A stretch of DNA of 64,000 nt from an uncultured bacterium (GTDB taxonomy: Bacteria; Oederibacteriota; PGYV01; CAWJRG01), in the NCBI GenBank assembly GCA_963845185.1, contig CAWJRG010000009.1, positions 384,001-448,000 on the forward strand, in the 5' to 3' direction. Shown piece by piece: positions 1-9,914 of the stretch. Position 1 is the first letter of the stretch, and each line of letters begins with the position of its first letter. The notes beneath the pieces are model-generated. The model did no database searches. It saw only the letters and a list, made by a program, of their open reading frames with translations, and was not told the DNA's origin. The position numbers and the translations under genes are program-made.

Positions 1-2
1 TG

Positions 3-191
3 AGCAATACACAGACAGCACATTTTACGATAACATCACCGCAAGAATATAAGTCCGGAGTAGCATGGGGTTTCGATAGAATAGACGCAAAAATAAAAAT
101 TAAAGCAAATATTGCTGAGATTAAAAAGAATTCATTTAGTTTGGAAATACCACCGCTTAGCGCATATCATATAATATTAAATTCAAAATAA
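3..191 (+). CDS. C-terminal fragment of a probable glycoside hydrolase (GH44-like beta-sandwich end), truncated by the window edge
   Basis: Frame 3 is open from the window start: ...TAHFTITSPQEYKSGVAWGFD...SFSLEIPPLSAYHIILNSK*. Resembles GH44 C-termini (WGFD...PPLSAYHI) from recall. Not in the ORF track. Confidence 0.5.
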   Translation, partial: SNTQTAHFTITSPQEYKSGVAWGFDRIDAKIKIKANIAEIKKNSFSLEIPPLSAYHIILNSK

Positions 192-841
192 GTTATCAGC
201 ATTAACATTAATTGGAAACAGTTATTATTGGCAATGGCACATCTGGTTTTTCAGGATATTGCAAATTTATAATAGCAGATTGAATTTATTTTTTATTGAA
301 AAATGTTGCAATTTATCAGCAAATCCTTTATTATAATGTTCGGCTTTAAAGTTAATTAAAATATAAGGGAGAATAAGTAATGAACTTACAGGATATTTTT
401 GCCATGCTTGCTGGTGCAGCAGTTGTATTTTTGGGAATTTTCATAGCAATAGTTATAAAGAATATTAAAGTATTGAAAAAACCAAAAATATCTGCAACAA
501 CTGCTGATGATAAAACAGCTCTAAAGAATAAAAATATAGTAATAACCAATTTAAACTTAAAAGAAAACAATTCGTGGGATAATCCGCAAATACAACTATG
601 GCTGTCAAATCCGCTAGGGTACGGCAGGAGGGATGCTGATGAAAAACTGCCTTTGGAAGGCAAAGTAATTAATCCGCCTAAAGAAGGCTTCGTGAGAATA
701 TTTATAATGCTGGCGCCCAAAAATTTTTGGAAACAGGGTGATTTTGTACTGAACAATAGGGGTGAATGGAAAGCAATGATTTATCTTGCCTCCGGCCCTG
801 ATGAGAAATATAAAAAAACAATAAGAATAGAGTTATATGAA

Positions 842-2519
842 CCCGCATCCGTTATATCAAATTCATAAAAGAGAATGAAAAAGGGCTAAAAGTATTATAT
901 AATAAGGTAAATAAAAGTTTTTGAGCTGTAAAAAGGAGGACACCTAATGGGTGAAGCGAAAAAACACTGTTTTAAATTCAGTTTTACTGACAAAGTAAAA
1001 GCATATTTTAAGGGTTCTGAAATTACGTCGGACGGTGGATTAATTGCTATTCGAGAACTTGATGAAAAAATGGGTCTGACTATTTTGGCTGAAAAACACC
1101 TGACTGATAAAAGAAACGGAAGAAATATTCAACATGACTTAACCGAACTTTTACGACAATCCATATATAGCCGTTTGGCGGGCTACGAAGATGTAAATGA
1201 TGCCAAGCAACTAAGGAACGACCCTTCTTTAAGGGCAGTACTTGGTGACCGGGCATTACAGAGAAATGGCAGCAGTGAGGCCACTGTTGGAAAATTCGAA
1301 ACAGAAATACTCACCGAAGGAAATAACCTGGAAAAACTCGATGAGATGTTAATGAATTGGATAGGCAAAGCGGATAAGATTAGGGGCGTTAAAAAAATAG
1401 TGCTTGATTTGGATTCGTCCGAAAGCCCGGTATATGGTGAACAGGAAGGAAGCGCTTATAACGGTTATTTCGGATCAAAATGTTATCACCCCCTTTTCTG
1501 TTTCAATCAATTTGGAGATTGTCTTAAGGCAAAATTAAGACCGGGTAATGTCCATAGCGCCGATGCGTGGTTGGAGTTTATCGAACCCGTTTTAAGAAAT
1601 TATATCAGCAAAGGGTTTAAAGTCACCTTCCGTGCAGACGCGGCTTTTGGGATACCGGAATTATATGAACTCTGCGAAGAACTTGGCGTAGAATACGTCA
1701 TTAGGCTAAGAGAGAATAATTGCCTTGCAGAAGAGATATCCGGCTTACTGAAAAAGCCCGTCAAAAAAACCGACAAAAAGTTCATCACGCTGTATAAAGA
1801 TTTTATGTATCGAGCCAAGTCGTGGAATAAAAAAAGAAGAGTGATTGCAAAAATAGAATATCACCATGGCGAATTGTTTCCGCGGGTGGGATTTATTATA
1901 ACAAGTTTAAACTGGCTCGATAAAAAAGCAGTAAAATTTTATAACAAACGTGGTACTTGCGAACAATGGATCAAGGAGGGAAAACACACGCTGAATTGGA
2001 CGAAGCTATCCTGCAAGAGATTTAAGGAGAATGAAGCGAGATTGAAATTATTTATTTTGGCATATAATTCAGGAAATTTCTTACGGACCCTGGTTTTACC
2101 AAAGAAGATAAAACACTGGTCGTTAAAAACGATACAGTTAAAGTTGATAAAAATAGGTGGCAGATTAATAAAACATGCCAGGTATTACTGGTTGTTATTG
2201 GCCGAGGTTTCTATTACAGCAAAGATATTTTCCGGTTTAATGCATAATATTCGGAAATTACGCCCGGCAAGCGGCTGATAGAATTGGCTTGGTAACATGT
2301 AACATATTTATAGAGGAGCAAACAAAAATGATTGGACAGGCTTGTCTAAAAATATGGAATTGGGAAAGATTAGACCGAAAAATCGGGTAATCGGTATAGT
2401 TTGGAGGAAAATATTTCATTGAACCAACAGAATAAAAACATTTCTCTTGATTTTGACATCATTTGGAGTAAAATTAATGATGAAAATAGGCTGGTTGATT
2501 TTGATATGACGGATACCAG
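842..2519 (+). mobile_element. IS1380-family insertion sequence, complete
   Basis: IRL CCCGCATCCGTTATATCAAATTCA (842-865) versus reverse complement of right end CTGGTATCCGTCATATCAAAATCA (2496-2519). Direct repeat ATGAA at 837-841 and 2520-2524. Contains a DDE transposase. Confidence 0.93.
947..2278 (+). CDS. IS1380-family DDE transposase
   Basis: ITSDGGL, GYEDVNDA, LDLDSSESPVYGEQEG, RPGNVHS, RADAAF and YNKRGTCEQWIKEGK motifs; SD AGGAGG. Confidence 0.95.
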   Translation: MGEAKKHCFKFSFTDKVKAYFKGSEITSDGGLIAIRELDEKMGLTILAEKHLTDKRNGRNIQHDLTELLRQSIYSRLAGYEDVNDAKQLRNDPSLRAVLGDRALQRNGSSEATVGKFETEILTEGNNLEKLDEMLMNWIGKADKIRGVKKIVLDLDSSESPVYGEQEGSAYNGYFGSKCYHPLFCFNQFGDCLKAKLRPGNVHSADAWLEFIEPVLRNYISKGFKVTFRADAAFGIPELYELCEELGVEYVIRLRENNCLAEEISGLLKKPVKKTDKKFITLYKDFMYRAKSWNKKRRVIAKIEYHHGELFPRVGFIITSLNWLDKKAVKFYNKRGTCEQWIKEGKHTLNWTKLSCKRFKENEARLKLFILAYNSGNFLRTLVLPKKIKHWSLKTIQLKLIKIGGRLIKHARYYWLLLAEVSITAKIFSGLMHNIRKLRPASG

Positions 2520-2627
2520 ATGAAGGTATAACAGGCAAAGCTCAGATAATAGAAATTGATGATTTTAATCTGGAATAGCAAATTTTATGCACATAAGAAT
2601 TTCATTACACCGCATTTAAAAAATTAA

Positions 2628-2656
2628 TTGACAGGATTTTGTTATTGTGTTAAATT
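2628..2656 (+). promoter_or_regulatory. Sigma70-type promoter for the barrel-flagellar operon
   Basis: TTGACA-17 nt-TAAATT with TG extended -10. Confidence 0.6.
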
Positions 2657-2715
2657 GTTATAAATTTTTCAGAGTTGCAACGATTTTTTATATATTGAAA
2701 TTAACGGAGGATATT

Positions 2716-4809
2716 GTGCGCAAAAAGAGGATATTTCTGTTTATTTTAACGGGTATTTTTACTTTTGGCATGGGAATATCGGTTTTTTCGGATGATTTAA
2801 GTGATACACAGCAAATATTGTGGGAAAAGACAAAGGATCCTTTCTTTGATAAATACGGGAGCTTTGGCGCTGGTGCACGCGCAATTGGTATGGGAGAAGC
2901 ATTTTCCGCAATAGCTGATGATGCATCAGCTATTTATTACAATCCAGCAGGACTTGCTCAGATGGACCATAATGAACTATTTTGGACAGGGGGATCATAT
3001 TACAGTAGTCAGCCATATACTGATTTTGCATCCTTAGTTGCGGCATTAGGTTCCCAGTATATTGGATTGTCTTATTACAAACCATATCATCCCATTGGTG
3101 ATTACCCGGCAACAGTTCAGATACCATCAGGCGTGGGCCCGGGTGTAGGAAATTTATTTAATGACCAGCCTATAAGTATCGGTCCTGGTACATATAAGTG
3201 GTATGGCGGACTTACTGCTGCCCAGCAACAACTTCTTGGAGGTATGTATCGTAAATATATTAACCCTCCTTTTCAGGCAGACCAGGCAGCTTTGACTTAT
3301 GCCACGCCACTTACAGGCGACAAGAGTTTTATGTTCGGATTAAACGTAAAATATCAGTTTACCGATTCAGCGTACCAAAATGTACTCGGAAATAATTTTG
3401 CAGCATGGGCATGGGGACTCGACCTTGGCTTTCTGTATAAATTAAGAATGATCGAACATTTAAAAGATTTTAATATTTCCATAGTTTTGCATGATGTGTC
3501 AGGGAGCATGAAAGACTATACAACTGGTATTGAAAAGAGCCTTTATTTTTCCTCAACTATAGGTTTGTCTTTAAGAACAACCGACCTGATAGAAAAGGAA
3601 ATAACAAGTTTTTCATTTGATTTTAATTCTGTAAATGACCCGGGCGCATTTGATAATGAAAAGTACAGGATGAATTTTGGATTTGAGCAGTGGTTTCTCG
3701 AAGGGCATTTTGCGGTCCGCGGCGGTTTGGTTGATTTCCTTTATCCAGGTACGTGGAGGTTTAGCTTGGGTTTGTCAGGGAGATATTTGTTAGGAATAGA
3801 TTACGCTTATGTAAAAGCAATACCTTTTTCAGGAAAAGCGGAAAACGAAAACGACAGCCAATGGATTTCGATTTACTGGATGTGGGGCAAGACTAAAAAA
3901 GAACTTCCGACTCCTGAAGTTTTTGCGGCTGTTGAACCAATTTCTTTCGCGCCTAAAAACGGAGAAACGGTGATATTCAAGCTTAACGCGATATCTTCGG
4001 CAGGAATAGACAGATGGGCGTTAAATATACTTGATAAAAACAATAATCTTGTAAAATCTTACGCCGATATTAGCATGCCTCCGTCGCAGATAGTTTGGAA
4101 CGGCACGGATAACAAATACCAGTTGCTTCCTGATGGCGAATATACCTTTGTCTTTGAGGCGACAGATAAGCTTGGCAGCACTTCATCAACGCCTGTGCAG
4201 ACAGTAAAAATTTATACGCCTGTTCTCGAGGCAGTCAATAAATCGGCTTTAAACCAATTAAAGCAACTTTTAAACCAGTTAAAAGACAGGGAAGAGAAAG
4301 AAGATAAAGCTGTTGCAGCTGTTGCCTCTACTGAGCTTACAAAAGTAAAAAAAGCAAAAGAAAAACCTACACCTGCGCCAGTACCTCAGGTTGCATTAGT
4401 TCCGCAGGCTGTTACGCCGCCGGCAAACGTAACCGGCACAGCAGGCACGCAGGCGCAGATAAATATTGTAGGATTCCCGAATATAGAATCCGGCGCGATA
4501 AGATCGGCATATATTTCCACTGCACCGGACGGAACAAAGACGTTTAATATTGATTATATGACTGATAATACGATGCCAAAATATATATTGGGTGAGATGG
4601 CTCTTATGGCAAGGACAACAGCCGAGAGTCTCGGTTACTCAATTGACCAGATAGGTATAAATGCTTTGTACGGGCCGAATAATACAATGGCAATGGTTGT
4701 GCCTACAGCTCAGGCGCAAAATTATGCAAAAGGCGTGATTACAGCCGAACAGATGCTGCGAGGGGCTCAGATAACATTAAATGGAGAAGCAATTCTTCCA
4801 AATTTTTAG
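2716..4809 (+). CDS. PorV/PorQ/FadL-like outer-membrane barrel fused to a FlgD-type Ig domain, a Pro/Ala linker and an unknown C-terminal domain
   Basis: Start moved to GTG 2716 (SD GGAGG, signal peptide MRKKRIFLFILTG). GAGARAIGMGEAFSAIADDASAIYYNPAGL motif; Ig motif WNGTDNKYQLLPDGEYTF. Confidence 0.75.
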   Translation: MRKKRIFLFILTGIFTFGMGISVFSDDLSDTQQILWEKTKDPFFDKYGSFGAGARAIGMGEAFSAIADDASAIYYNPAGLAQMDHNELFWTGGSYYSSQPYTDFASLVAALGSQYIGLSYYKPYHPIGDYPATVQIPSGVGPGVGNLFNDQPISIGPGTYKWYGGLTAAQQQLLGGMYRKYINPPFQADQAALTYATPLTGDKSFMFGLNVKYQFTDSAYQNVLGNNFAAWAWGLDLGFLYKLRMIEHLKDFNISIVLHDVSGSMKDYTTGIEKSLYFSSTIGLSLRTTDLIEKEITSFSFDFNSVNDPGAFDNEKYRMNFGFEQWFLEGHFAVRGGLVDFLYPGTWRFSLGLSGRYLLGIDYAYVKAIPFSGKAENENDSQWISIYWMWGKTKKELPTPEVFAAVEPISFAPKNGETVIFKLNAISSAGIDRWALNILDKNNNLVKSYADISMPPSQIVWNGTDNKYQLLPDGEYTFVFEATDKLGSTSSTPVQTVKIYTPVLEAVNKSALNQLKQLLNQLKDREEKEDKAVAAVASTELTKVKKAKEKPTPAPVPQVALVPQAVTPPANVTGTAGTQAQINIVGFPNIESGAIRSAYISTAPDGTKTFNIDYMTDNTMPKYILGEMALMARTTAESLGYSIDQIGINALYGPNNTMAMVVPTAQAQNYAKGVITAEQMLRGAQITLNGEAILPNF

Positions 4810-4823
4810 GAGAGTGGTAAACA

Positions 4824-6491
4824 ATGAGGAAAATTTTCTTCCTAACAGTAATTTATAGTTTATTTTCACTTTCCCTATTCGGCGCTTTTGATAAAGAAGG
4901 CGTCCTTGGTGTAGGGGGCAGGGCAACCGGTATGGGCGATGCATTCGGAGCTGTTGCCGATGACGGAAGCGCTTTTTACTGGAATACAGCAGGACTAACA
5001 CAGCTTGACAGGAGCGAGGTTAATTTATTTCTTGGGCCTCTTTTAAACGGCAAGGAATATTATACGCTTATTTCATATGGAGCGCCTTTTGTGCAGGATA
5101 CAGCGTGGCAATTGACGGCAATGTCACTTATACACAATGATCCTAGTTCTACCAAAGAATTTCAAATAATAGGCAGCTTCGCGTCGGCTTTAAATTTGGA
5201 AAGAACTTTTTCAGTCGGAGTAAATTTAAAATACCTGGCCTATAATTCAAACGCGTCATATACAGATCCGGTTACTAATGTAACTCTGCAGGGAATAGCA
5301 AATGGTATCGGGCTTGATGTAGGATTACTTTATCAAATACCAATGCCAGCATTTGGAAAGAAAATAAATATTGGGTTATTTATACAAGATATAGATACTG
5401 TGCTGCACTGGCAGGGCGGTACCGAAGATGAAAGAATACCCACATTATTTAAATTAGCAGGCGCGTATTATTTAGACGATAACCTACTGATAGCAGGTGA
5501 TATGGACTTTTTTTCTGATATGAATATAAGCGGAATACCATTGACAAACCCAATAACAAACTCGCAAACAGGACAGACCATAACTGCGCTGCAGCCGGAT
5601 GAAACCAGGGGACATATAGGGGTTGAGGGTTGGTTTTTTAAGAAACACCTTGGTTTACGCGGAGGATATACCAGTTTTGCGACAATGCCGGGAAGCTTTA
5701 CAGGTGGAGTATCATATAAAGAAAACAATTGGGAAATTGATTATGCATATGTAGGTCAGGCAGAGTACCTTGGCGATAGCCACAGGTTCTCTGTTATTTT
5801 AAGATTTGGGCCTGAAAAAGAGAAATTAAGGGCAATAAGCGTTGTAAGGCCTCCGACAGAACTAAAAGCATATCCCGCTAATAACGCTGTTAACCTGACA
5901 TGGGATGTAAATGAGGACCCGAATGTTACGGGTTATGCCGTGTATATGAGTAAATCTCCGGGGTCACGTTATATTCCGATTGCCAAAAGGATAAGAGAAA
6001 ATTATGTCACAGTTGACGGACTACAAGATGGCACGAGATATTATTTTGTGGTAACATCCATAAACAACACATACCCTTCGGTGGAGAGCGCATATTCAAA
6101 TGAAGCTTCAACGGTACCTGCACCTGTTGTGCCGGGAACCCCGGAAGTTTTCCCGATACAGCAGAGAAAAGCAGTTGATAGAAACGGCTTTATTGATGTT
6201 GCGTGGGGGAAGGTACCACCAGCCAATATTGCGGGTTATAATATATATATAACAGAGACATCTGGCAAGGGGTATGCTAAAGCTAACGCGTCTCCAATAA
6301 AAGATACTCATTTTACAATCAAAAATCTTGAAGTGGGGAAAAAATATTTCTATGTTTTAACAGGAGTTACAAATGATGTTCCACCGATTGAGTCAAAATT
6401 TTCAAAAGAATCGAGCGATATAGCTAAACCAGCAAGTGCTTTAGAAACACAACAGACACAGCAGTCTCAAGGTAAGCCTCAAACGAAGTAG
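4824..6491 (+). CDS. PorV/PorQ-like outer-membrane barrel with two C-terminal fibronectin type III domains
   Basis: Signal peptide; GVGGRATGMGDAFGAVADDGSAFYWNTAGL; barrel end SHRFSVILRFG; two FN3 repeats (LTW..GYAVY..GLQDGTRYYFVVTS; VAW..GYNIY..NLEVGKKYFYVLTG). Confidence 0.78.
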   Translation: MRKIFFLTVIYSLFSLSLFGAFDKEGVLGVGGRATGMGDAFGAVADDGSAFYWNTAGLTQLDRSEVNLFLGPLLNGKEYYTLISYGAPFVQDTAWQLTAMSLIHNDPSSTKEFQIIGSFASALNLERTFSVGVNLKYLAYNSNASYTDPVTNVTLQGIANGIGLDVGLLYQIPMPAFGKKINIGLFIQDIDTVLHWQGGTEDERIPTLFKLAGAYYLDDNLLIAGDMDFFSDMNISGIPLTNPITNSQTGQTITALQPDETRGHIGVEGWFFKKHLGLRGGYTSFATMPGSFTGGVSYKENNWEIDYAYVGQAEYLGDSHRFSVILRFGPEKEKLRAISVVRPPTELKAYPANNAVNLTWDVNEDPNVTGYAVYMSKSPGSRYIPIAKRIRENYVTVDGLQDGTRYYFVVTSINNTYPSVESAYSNEASTVPAPVVPGTPEVFPIQQRKAVDRNGFIDVAWGKVPPANIAGYNIYITETSGKGYAKANASPIKDTHFTIKNLEVGKKYFYVLTGVTNDVPPIESKFSKESSDIAKPASALETQQTQQSQGKPQTK

Positions 6492-6523
6492 TAATAATAT
6501 AATAATCAGGAGGTGAATTATTA

Positions 6524-7321
6524 ATGATAAGCGGGTTGTACACAGCAGCTTCGGGTCTAATGGCCCAGTTAACAGAACAGGACGTTATTGCAAATAATCT
6601 TGCAAACGTTAACACAACAGGGTATAAAAAGGATAATGCTCTTTATGTTTCCTTCCCAAATATTTTTATGAATCGTCTGTATGATGATCAGGTAAAAATA
6701 CCAGGTGGAAGTTTAGATACTCTTTCGCCAATAGGCGTTGTAGGAAAGGGAGTACAACTCCGTGTCGATGGTGTTGTTCCGGATTTTACAACAGAAGGTT
6801 CGTATACACCGACAAACAATCAGCTTAATCTTGCTATAAAAGGCAACGGCATGTTTGTTATAGCTACAGATAAAGGTATAAGATATACAAGGGATGGTAA
6901 TTTTAAGGTCGATGCGGATCAAAGGCTGGTTACAAACGATGACTGTCCGGTACTCGGTCAAAGAGGCGAGATAATAATAGATGGCAGTGATGTTCATGTT
7001 GATGGTGGAGGGCGAGTCTTTGTTAACGGCGCTGAAACAGACACTTTACGTATAGCCTTGTTTGATAAGGCTGATAAATTAAGAAAGGAAGGCAATAATC
7101 TGTTTTATCTGCTTGATGGAGGAGCTTTGCCGGAAGATAGCTATGTTGAGAACGTAAAAATAATGCAGGGCTATCTTGAATCATCAAATGTAAACGTTGT
7201 AAAAGAAATGGTTGATATGATAACAGCTAACAGAGCATATGAAGCTTCACAACGAGCAGTACAGGCTCAGAATGAAACATTAAATAGAGCAGTAAACGAC
7301 GTAGGAATCGTTACAATATAA
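6524..7321 (+). CDS. flgF: Flagellar basal-body rod protein FlgF
   Basis: ANNLANVNTTGYK, YTRDGNF and GYLESSNVNVVKEM motifs; precedes flgG. Confidence 0.88.
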   Translation: MISGLYTAASGLMAQLTEQDVIANNLANVNTTGYKKDNALYVSFPNIFMNRLYDDQVKIPGGSLDTLSPIGVVGKGVQLRVDGVVPDFTTEGSYTPTNNQLNLAIKGNGMFVIATDKGIRYTRDGNFKVDADQRLVTNDDCPVLGQRGEIIIDGSDVHVDGGGRVFVNGAETDTLRIALFDKADKLRKEGNNLFYLLDGGALPEDSYVENVKIMQGYLESSNVNVVKEMVDMITANRAYEASQRAVQAQNETLNRAVNDVGIVTI

Positions 7322-7414
7322 AAATATCGGGAGAGAAGAGACTGGCGAAAGCGGATGTCGAATGAACTTTCGTTTTTTTCCGGACTCTCCGGATAAAAAA
7401 GGAGGTAATGTAAA

Positions 7415-8209
7415 ATGTTAAGATCTTTATGGACGGCAGCAACAGGTATGGCTGCGCAACAGCACAACATTGACACAATATCAAACAACATTGCAAACGT
7501 TAGTACAACAGCGTTTAAGAAAAACAGGGCAGAATTTCAGGATTTGCTTTATCAGACAATAAGGCCTGCCGGGGTTACAAACAATGTGGGAGCTCAGTAT
7601 CCAACACCGATTGAGATAGGACATGGAGTAAAGCTTTCGGGTACGACAAGGATATTTGAGCAAGGCGAAGCTGTTACTACGAATAATACCCTTGATTTAA
7701 TGATTAATGGTGACGGTTTTTTTCAGATTCAGATGCCTGATGGCTCTATCGCTTATACGAGAGATGGTTCATTTAAACAAGATGCAAACGGAAATATTGT
7801 GACTTCTGACGGATACTATATGGAGCCACAGATGACAATTCCGTCTGGGACATCGTCTGTTACTATAAGACAGAATGGAGAAATCGACGTAGCTATACAG
7901 GGTCAAACCAATACACAAACTGTAGGACAGATACAACTTGTAAAATTTGTGAATCCGTCGGGTTTGGCGGCTATGGGAACCAACTTATATTCAGAAACTG
8001 AAGCATCAGGAGAACCGACTGAAGGAACACCAAGCCTTGCAGGATATGGCAGCATATCACAGGGTATGCTTGAAGGGTCAAATGTGTCTGTAGTTGATGA
8101 AATGGTAAATCTTATAGCGGCGCAAAGAGCTTATGAGTTAAACGCCAGGGCTATACAAACATCCGACGAGATGCTTCAGACAGCGAATGCTCTGCCGACA
8201 GCTTTATAA
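7415..8209 (+). CDS. flgG: Flagellar distal rod protein FlgG
   Basis: MLRSLWTAATGM, FQDLLYQ, LEGSNVSVVDEMVNLIAAQRAYELN. Confidence 0.95.
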   Translation: MLRSLWTAATGMAAQQHNIDTISNNIANVSTTAFKKNRAEFQDLLYQTIRPAGVTNNVGAQYPTPIEIGHGVKLSGTTRIFEQGEAVTTNNTLDLMINGDGFFQIQMPDGSIAYTRDGSFKQDANGNIVTSDGYYMEPQMTIPSGTSSVTIRQNGEIDVAIQGQTNTQTVGQIQLVKFVNPSGLAAMGTNLYSETEASGEPTEGTPSLAGYGSISQGMLEGSNVSVVDEMVNLIAAQRAYELNARAIQTSDEMLQTANALPTAL

Positions 8210-8306
8210 ATAAAATAGGCGGTTTATAATGTAGCCAATTTATATTTTGGCATAAGTTGCGAAAATTTTATTAATGACTGCAAAAAAGGAAATGTGATTT
8301 TTTAAA

Positions 8307-9266
8307 ATGAAATATTGGATTATAACAGTTCTTTTAGTTATTTTTGCGGAAAACGTTGCAGCAGTGTCGATAAATACACCAACTGTTGCGCTTAAGGATA
8401 AAGAGATTTATATTGCCAAAGATAAAATTTACCTTGATGACATAGCTTTTATATACGGTTTTGACAAGGACAGGGAAGAAAAGTTAAAAGTTCTTTATAT
8501 TAAAAGAGCTGCTATACCTGGTGAAAAGGTTATAATCAGCAAAGAGCTTGTCGGGGACAAGGTGAAGCGTATTTACCAGGCGGCTGTTATTGAAGGCCCT
8601 GATGAGATTGCAGTTTTTACAAAGGAAACTGAAATAGAAGGCCAGGATGTTTTGAAAACCGCAGAGAATTATATTATGGAACACATAAAATGGCCTAAAG
8701 AAGATGTTGAAATTACGGCAGGCAAAGCAAGAGAAAATATGAAACTTACAGAAGGAAAAGTTCTTTTAAAAGTAAAAGAAAACAGCAATATCAGATTTAA
8801 GGGAAATTTAATTATTCCGGTTGAAATATATATAAACGATCAATTTTATAGAATAGAGCCTATACAGTTTTTTGTCAAGGTTACAACCGAGTGCGTAGTG
8901 ACTGAAACTGGCATAAAAAAGGGCGCCGCCCCGGATTTGAATGCCATAAAAAAGGAAAGAAAAGATATAAGTTTTTTACCAGATGATGTAATATTGGATC
9001 CGGTTGATATTGAAAATAAAATAGCAAGAAGAGCAATAGCGCCGGGATCGATTCTGCTTGCTAATATGTTTGAAGGCAAACCTTGTTTTAAAAGAGGTGA
9101 TTCAGTTTACGTTGTTGTCAAAATAAAGAATATTGAAGTCGAAACAATGGGCGTGGCTTATTCCGAAGGCAGGGAAGGCGAAAAAGTCAAGGTTAGACTT
9201 TCTAGCAATAATAAAATGGTTGAAGGTATAGTAAACAAAGAGGGAAAGGTAATAATAGAAAGATAA
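8307..9266 (+). CDS. flgA: Flagellar P-ring chaperone FlgA
   Basis: Signal peptide, C-terminal SAF-like KRGDSV...GREGEKVKVR, position between flgG and flgH. Confidence 0.85.
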   Translation: MKYWIITVLLVIFAENVAAVSINTPTVALKDKEIYIAKDKIYLDDIAFIYGFDKDREEKLKVLYIKRAAIPGEKVIISKELVGDKVKRIYQAAVIEGPDEIAVFTKETEIEGQDVLKTAENYIMEHIKWPKEDVEITAGKARENMKLTEGKVLLKVKENSNIRFKGNLIIPVEIYINDQFYRIEPIQFFVKVTTECVVTETGIKKGAAPDLNAIKKERKDISFLPDDVILDPVDIENKIARRAIAPGSILLANMFEGKPCFKRGDSVYVVVKIKNIEVETMGVAYSEGREGEKVKVRLSSNNKMVEGIVNKEGKVIIER

Positions 9267-9281
9267 AAGGAGAAAAGAAAT

Positions 9282-9899
9282 ATGAAGAAAAAAATTATTT
9301 TTATCACACTTCTATTTTCATGGATTTTAATAGTTGGCCAGGTCTTAGTAAAATCCGATGATGTTGCGGAAGAGGATAATATAAATTCGATTTATTCTGA
9401 CCATAAAGCCTATAAAGTTGGGGATATAGTGACAATCAACGTAGTGGAAAGTGCCCAAGCGACTCAAAGTTCTGCATTGACCACACAAAAGCAGCAAAGC
9501 CTTGGTGGAGGAATGGGCATGAGCGCGTGGGGAGGCGGTACAACAAATCCTTTTCCAAACGTGCCTTCATGGGGAATGGCCGGTGAGGAAACACAGAATG
9601 GGCAGGGGACTTCAAGCAGAAGCGGTACTTTAATGGCAAAAATAGCAGCCAAGGTTGAAAAAATTTTATCAAACGGCAACTTGGTTGTAAGAGGAGTAAA
9701 AATAGTTGATATAAATGATGAAAAACAAAATCTTATTATTACAGGGACAATAAGGCCAGAGGATATAAAAAGTGATAATACAGTAGATTCGATTAATGTC
9801 GCAGATGCAAATATTCAATACGAAGGCAAAGGCCCTCTTGCAGAGAAAACGTCTCCCGGAATTATTACCAGAATACTAGACTGGCTTGGCATATTTTAA
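9282..9899 (+). CDS. flgH: Flagellar L-ring protein FlgH
   Basis: SDHKAYKVGDIVTI, NGNLVVRG, TGTIRPEDI, VADANIQYEGKG. Confidence 0.92.
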   Translation: MKKKIIFITLLFSWILIVGQVLVKSDDVAEEDNINSIYSDHKAYKVGDIVTINVVESAQATQSSALTTQKQQSLGGGMGMSAWGGGTTNPFPNVPSWGMAGEETQNGQGTSSRSGTLMAKIAAKVEKILSNGNLVVRGVKIVDINDEKQNLIITGTIRPEDIKSDNTVDSINVADANIQYEGKGPLAEKTSPGIITRILDWLGIF

Positions 9900-9914
9900 A
9901 GAGGTGATTAAATA

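Larger units (their letters stand above)
380..2578 (+). pseudogene. Membrane-anchored hypothetical protein interrupted by IS1380
   Basis: ORF 380-868 (N-terminal TM helix) reads into the IS left end. Removing 842-2519 plus one ATGAA copy restores ...RIELYE-GITGKAQIIEIDDFNLE*, with the stop at 2576-2578. Confidence 0.8.

Noticed and set aside
7339..7395. GACTGGCGAAA resembling the ZTP (pfl) riboswitch
   Set aside because: Lacks the downstream GGGAG and CGCCTGGGC pseudoknot elements, and the context is not purine or folate metabolism.
8230..8290. Possible fourth degenerate copy of the RNA element (TATTAATGACTGCAAAAA) and a sigma54-like TGGCATAAGTTGC before flgA
   Set aside because: No 9-bp stem and no TTGAGCGGGT; the GG-GC spacing is 8 rather than 10.
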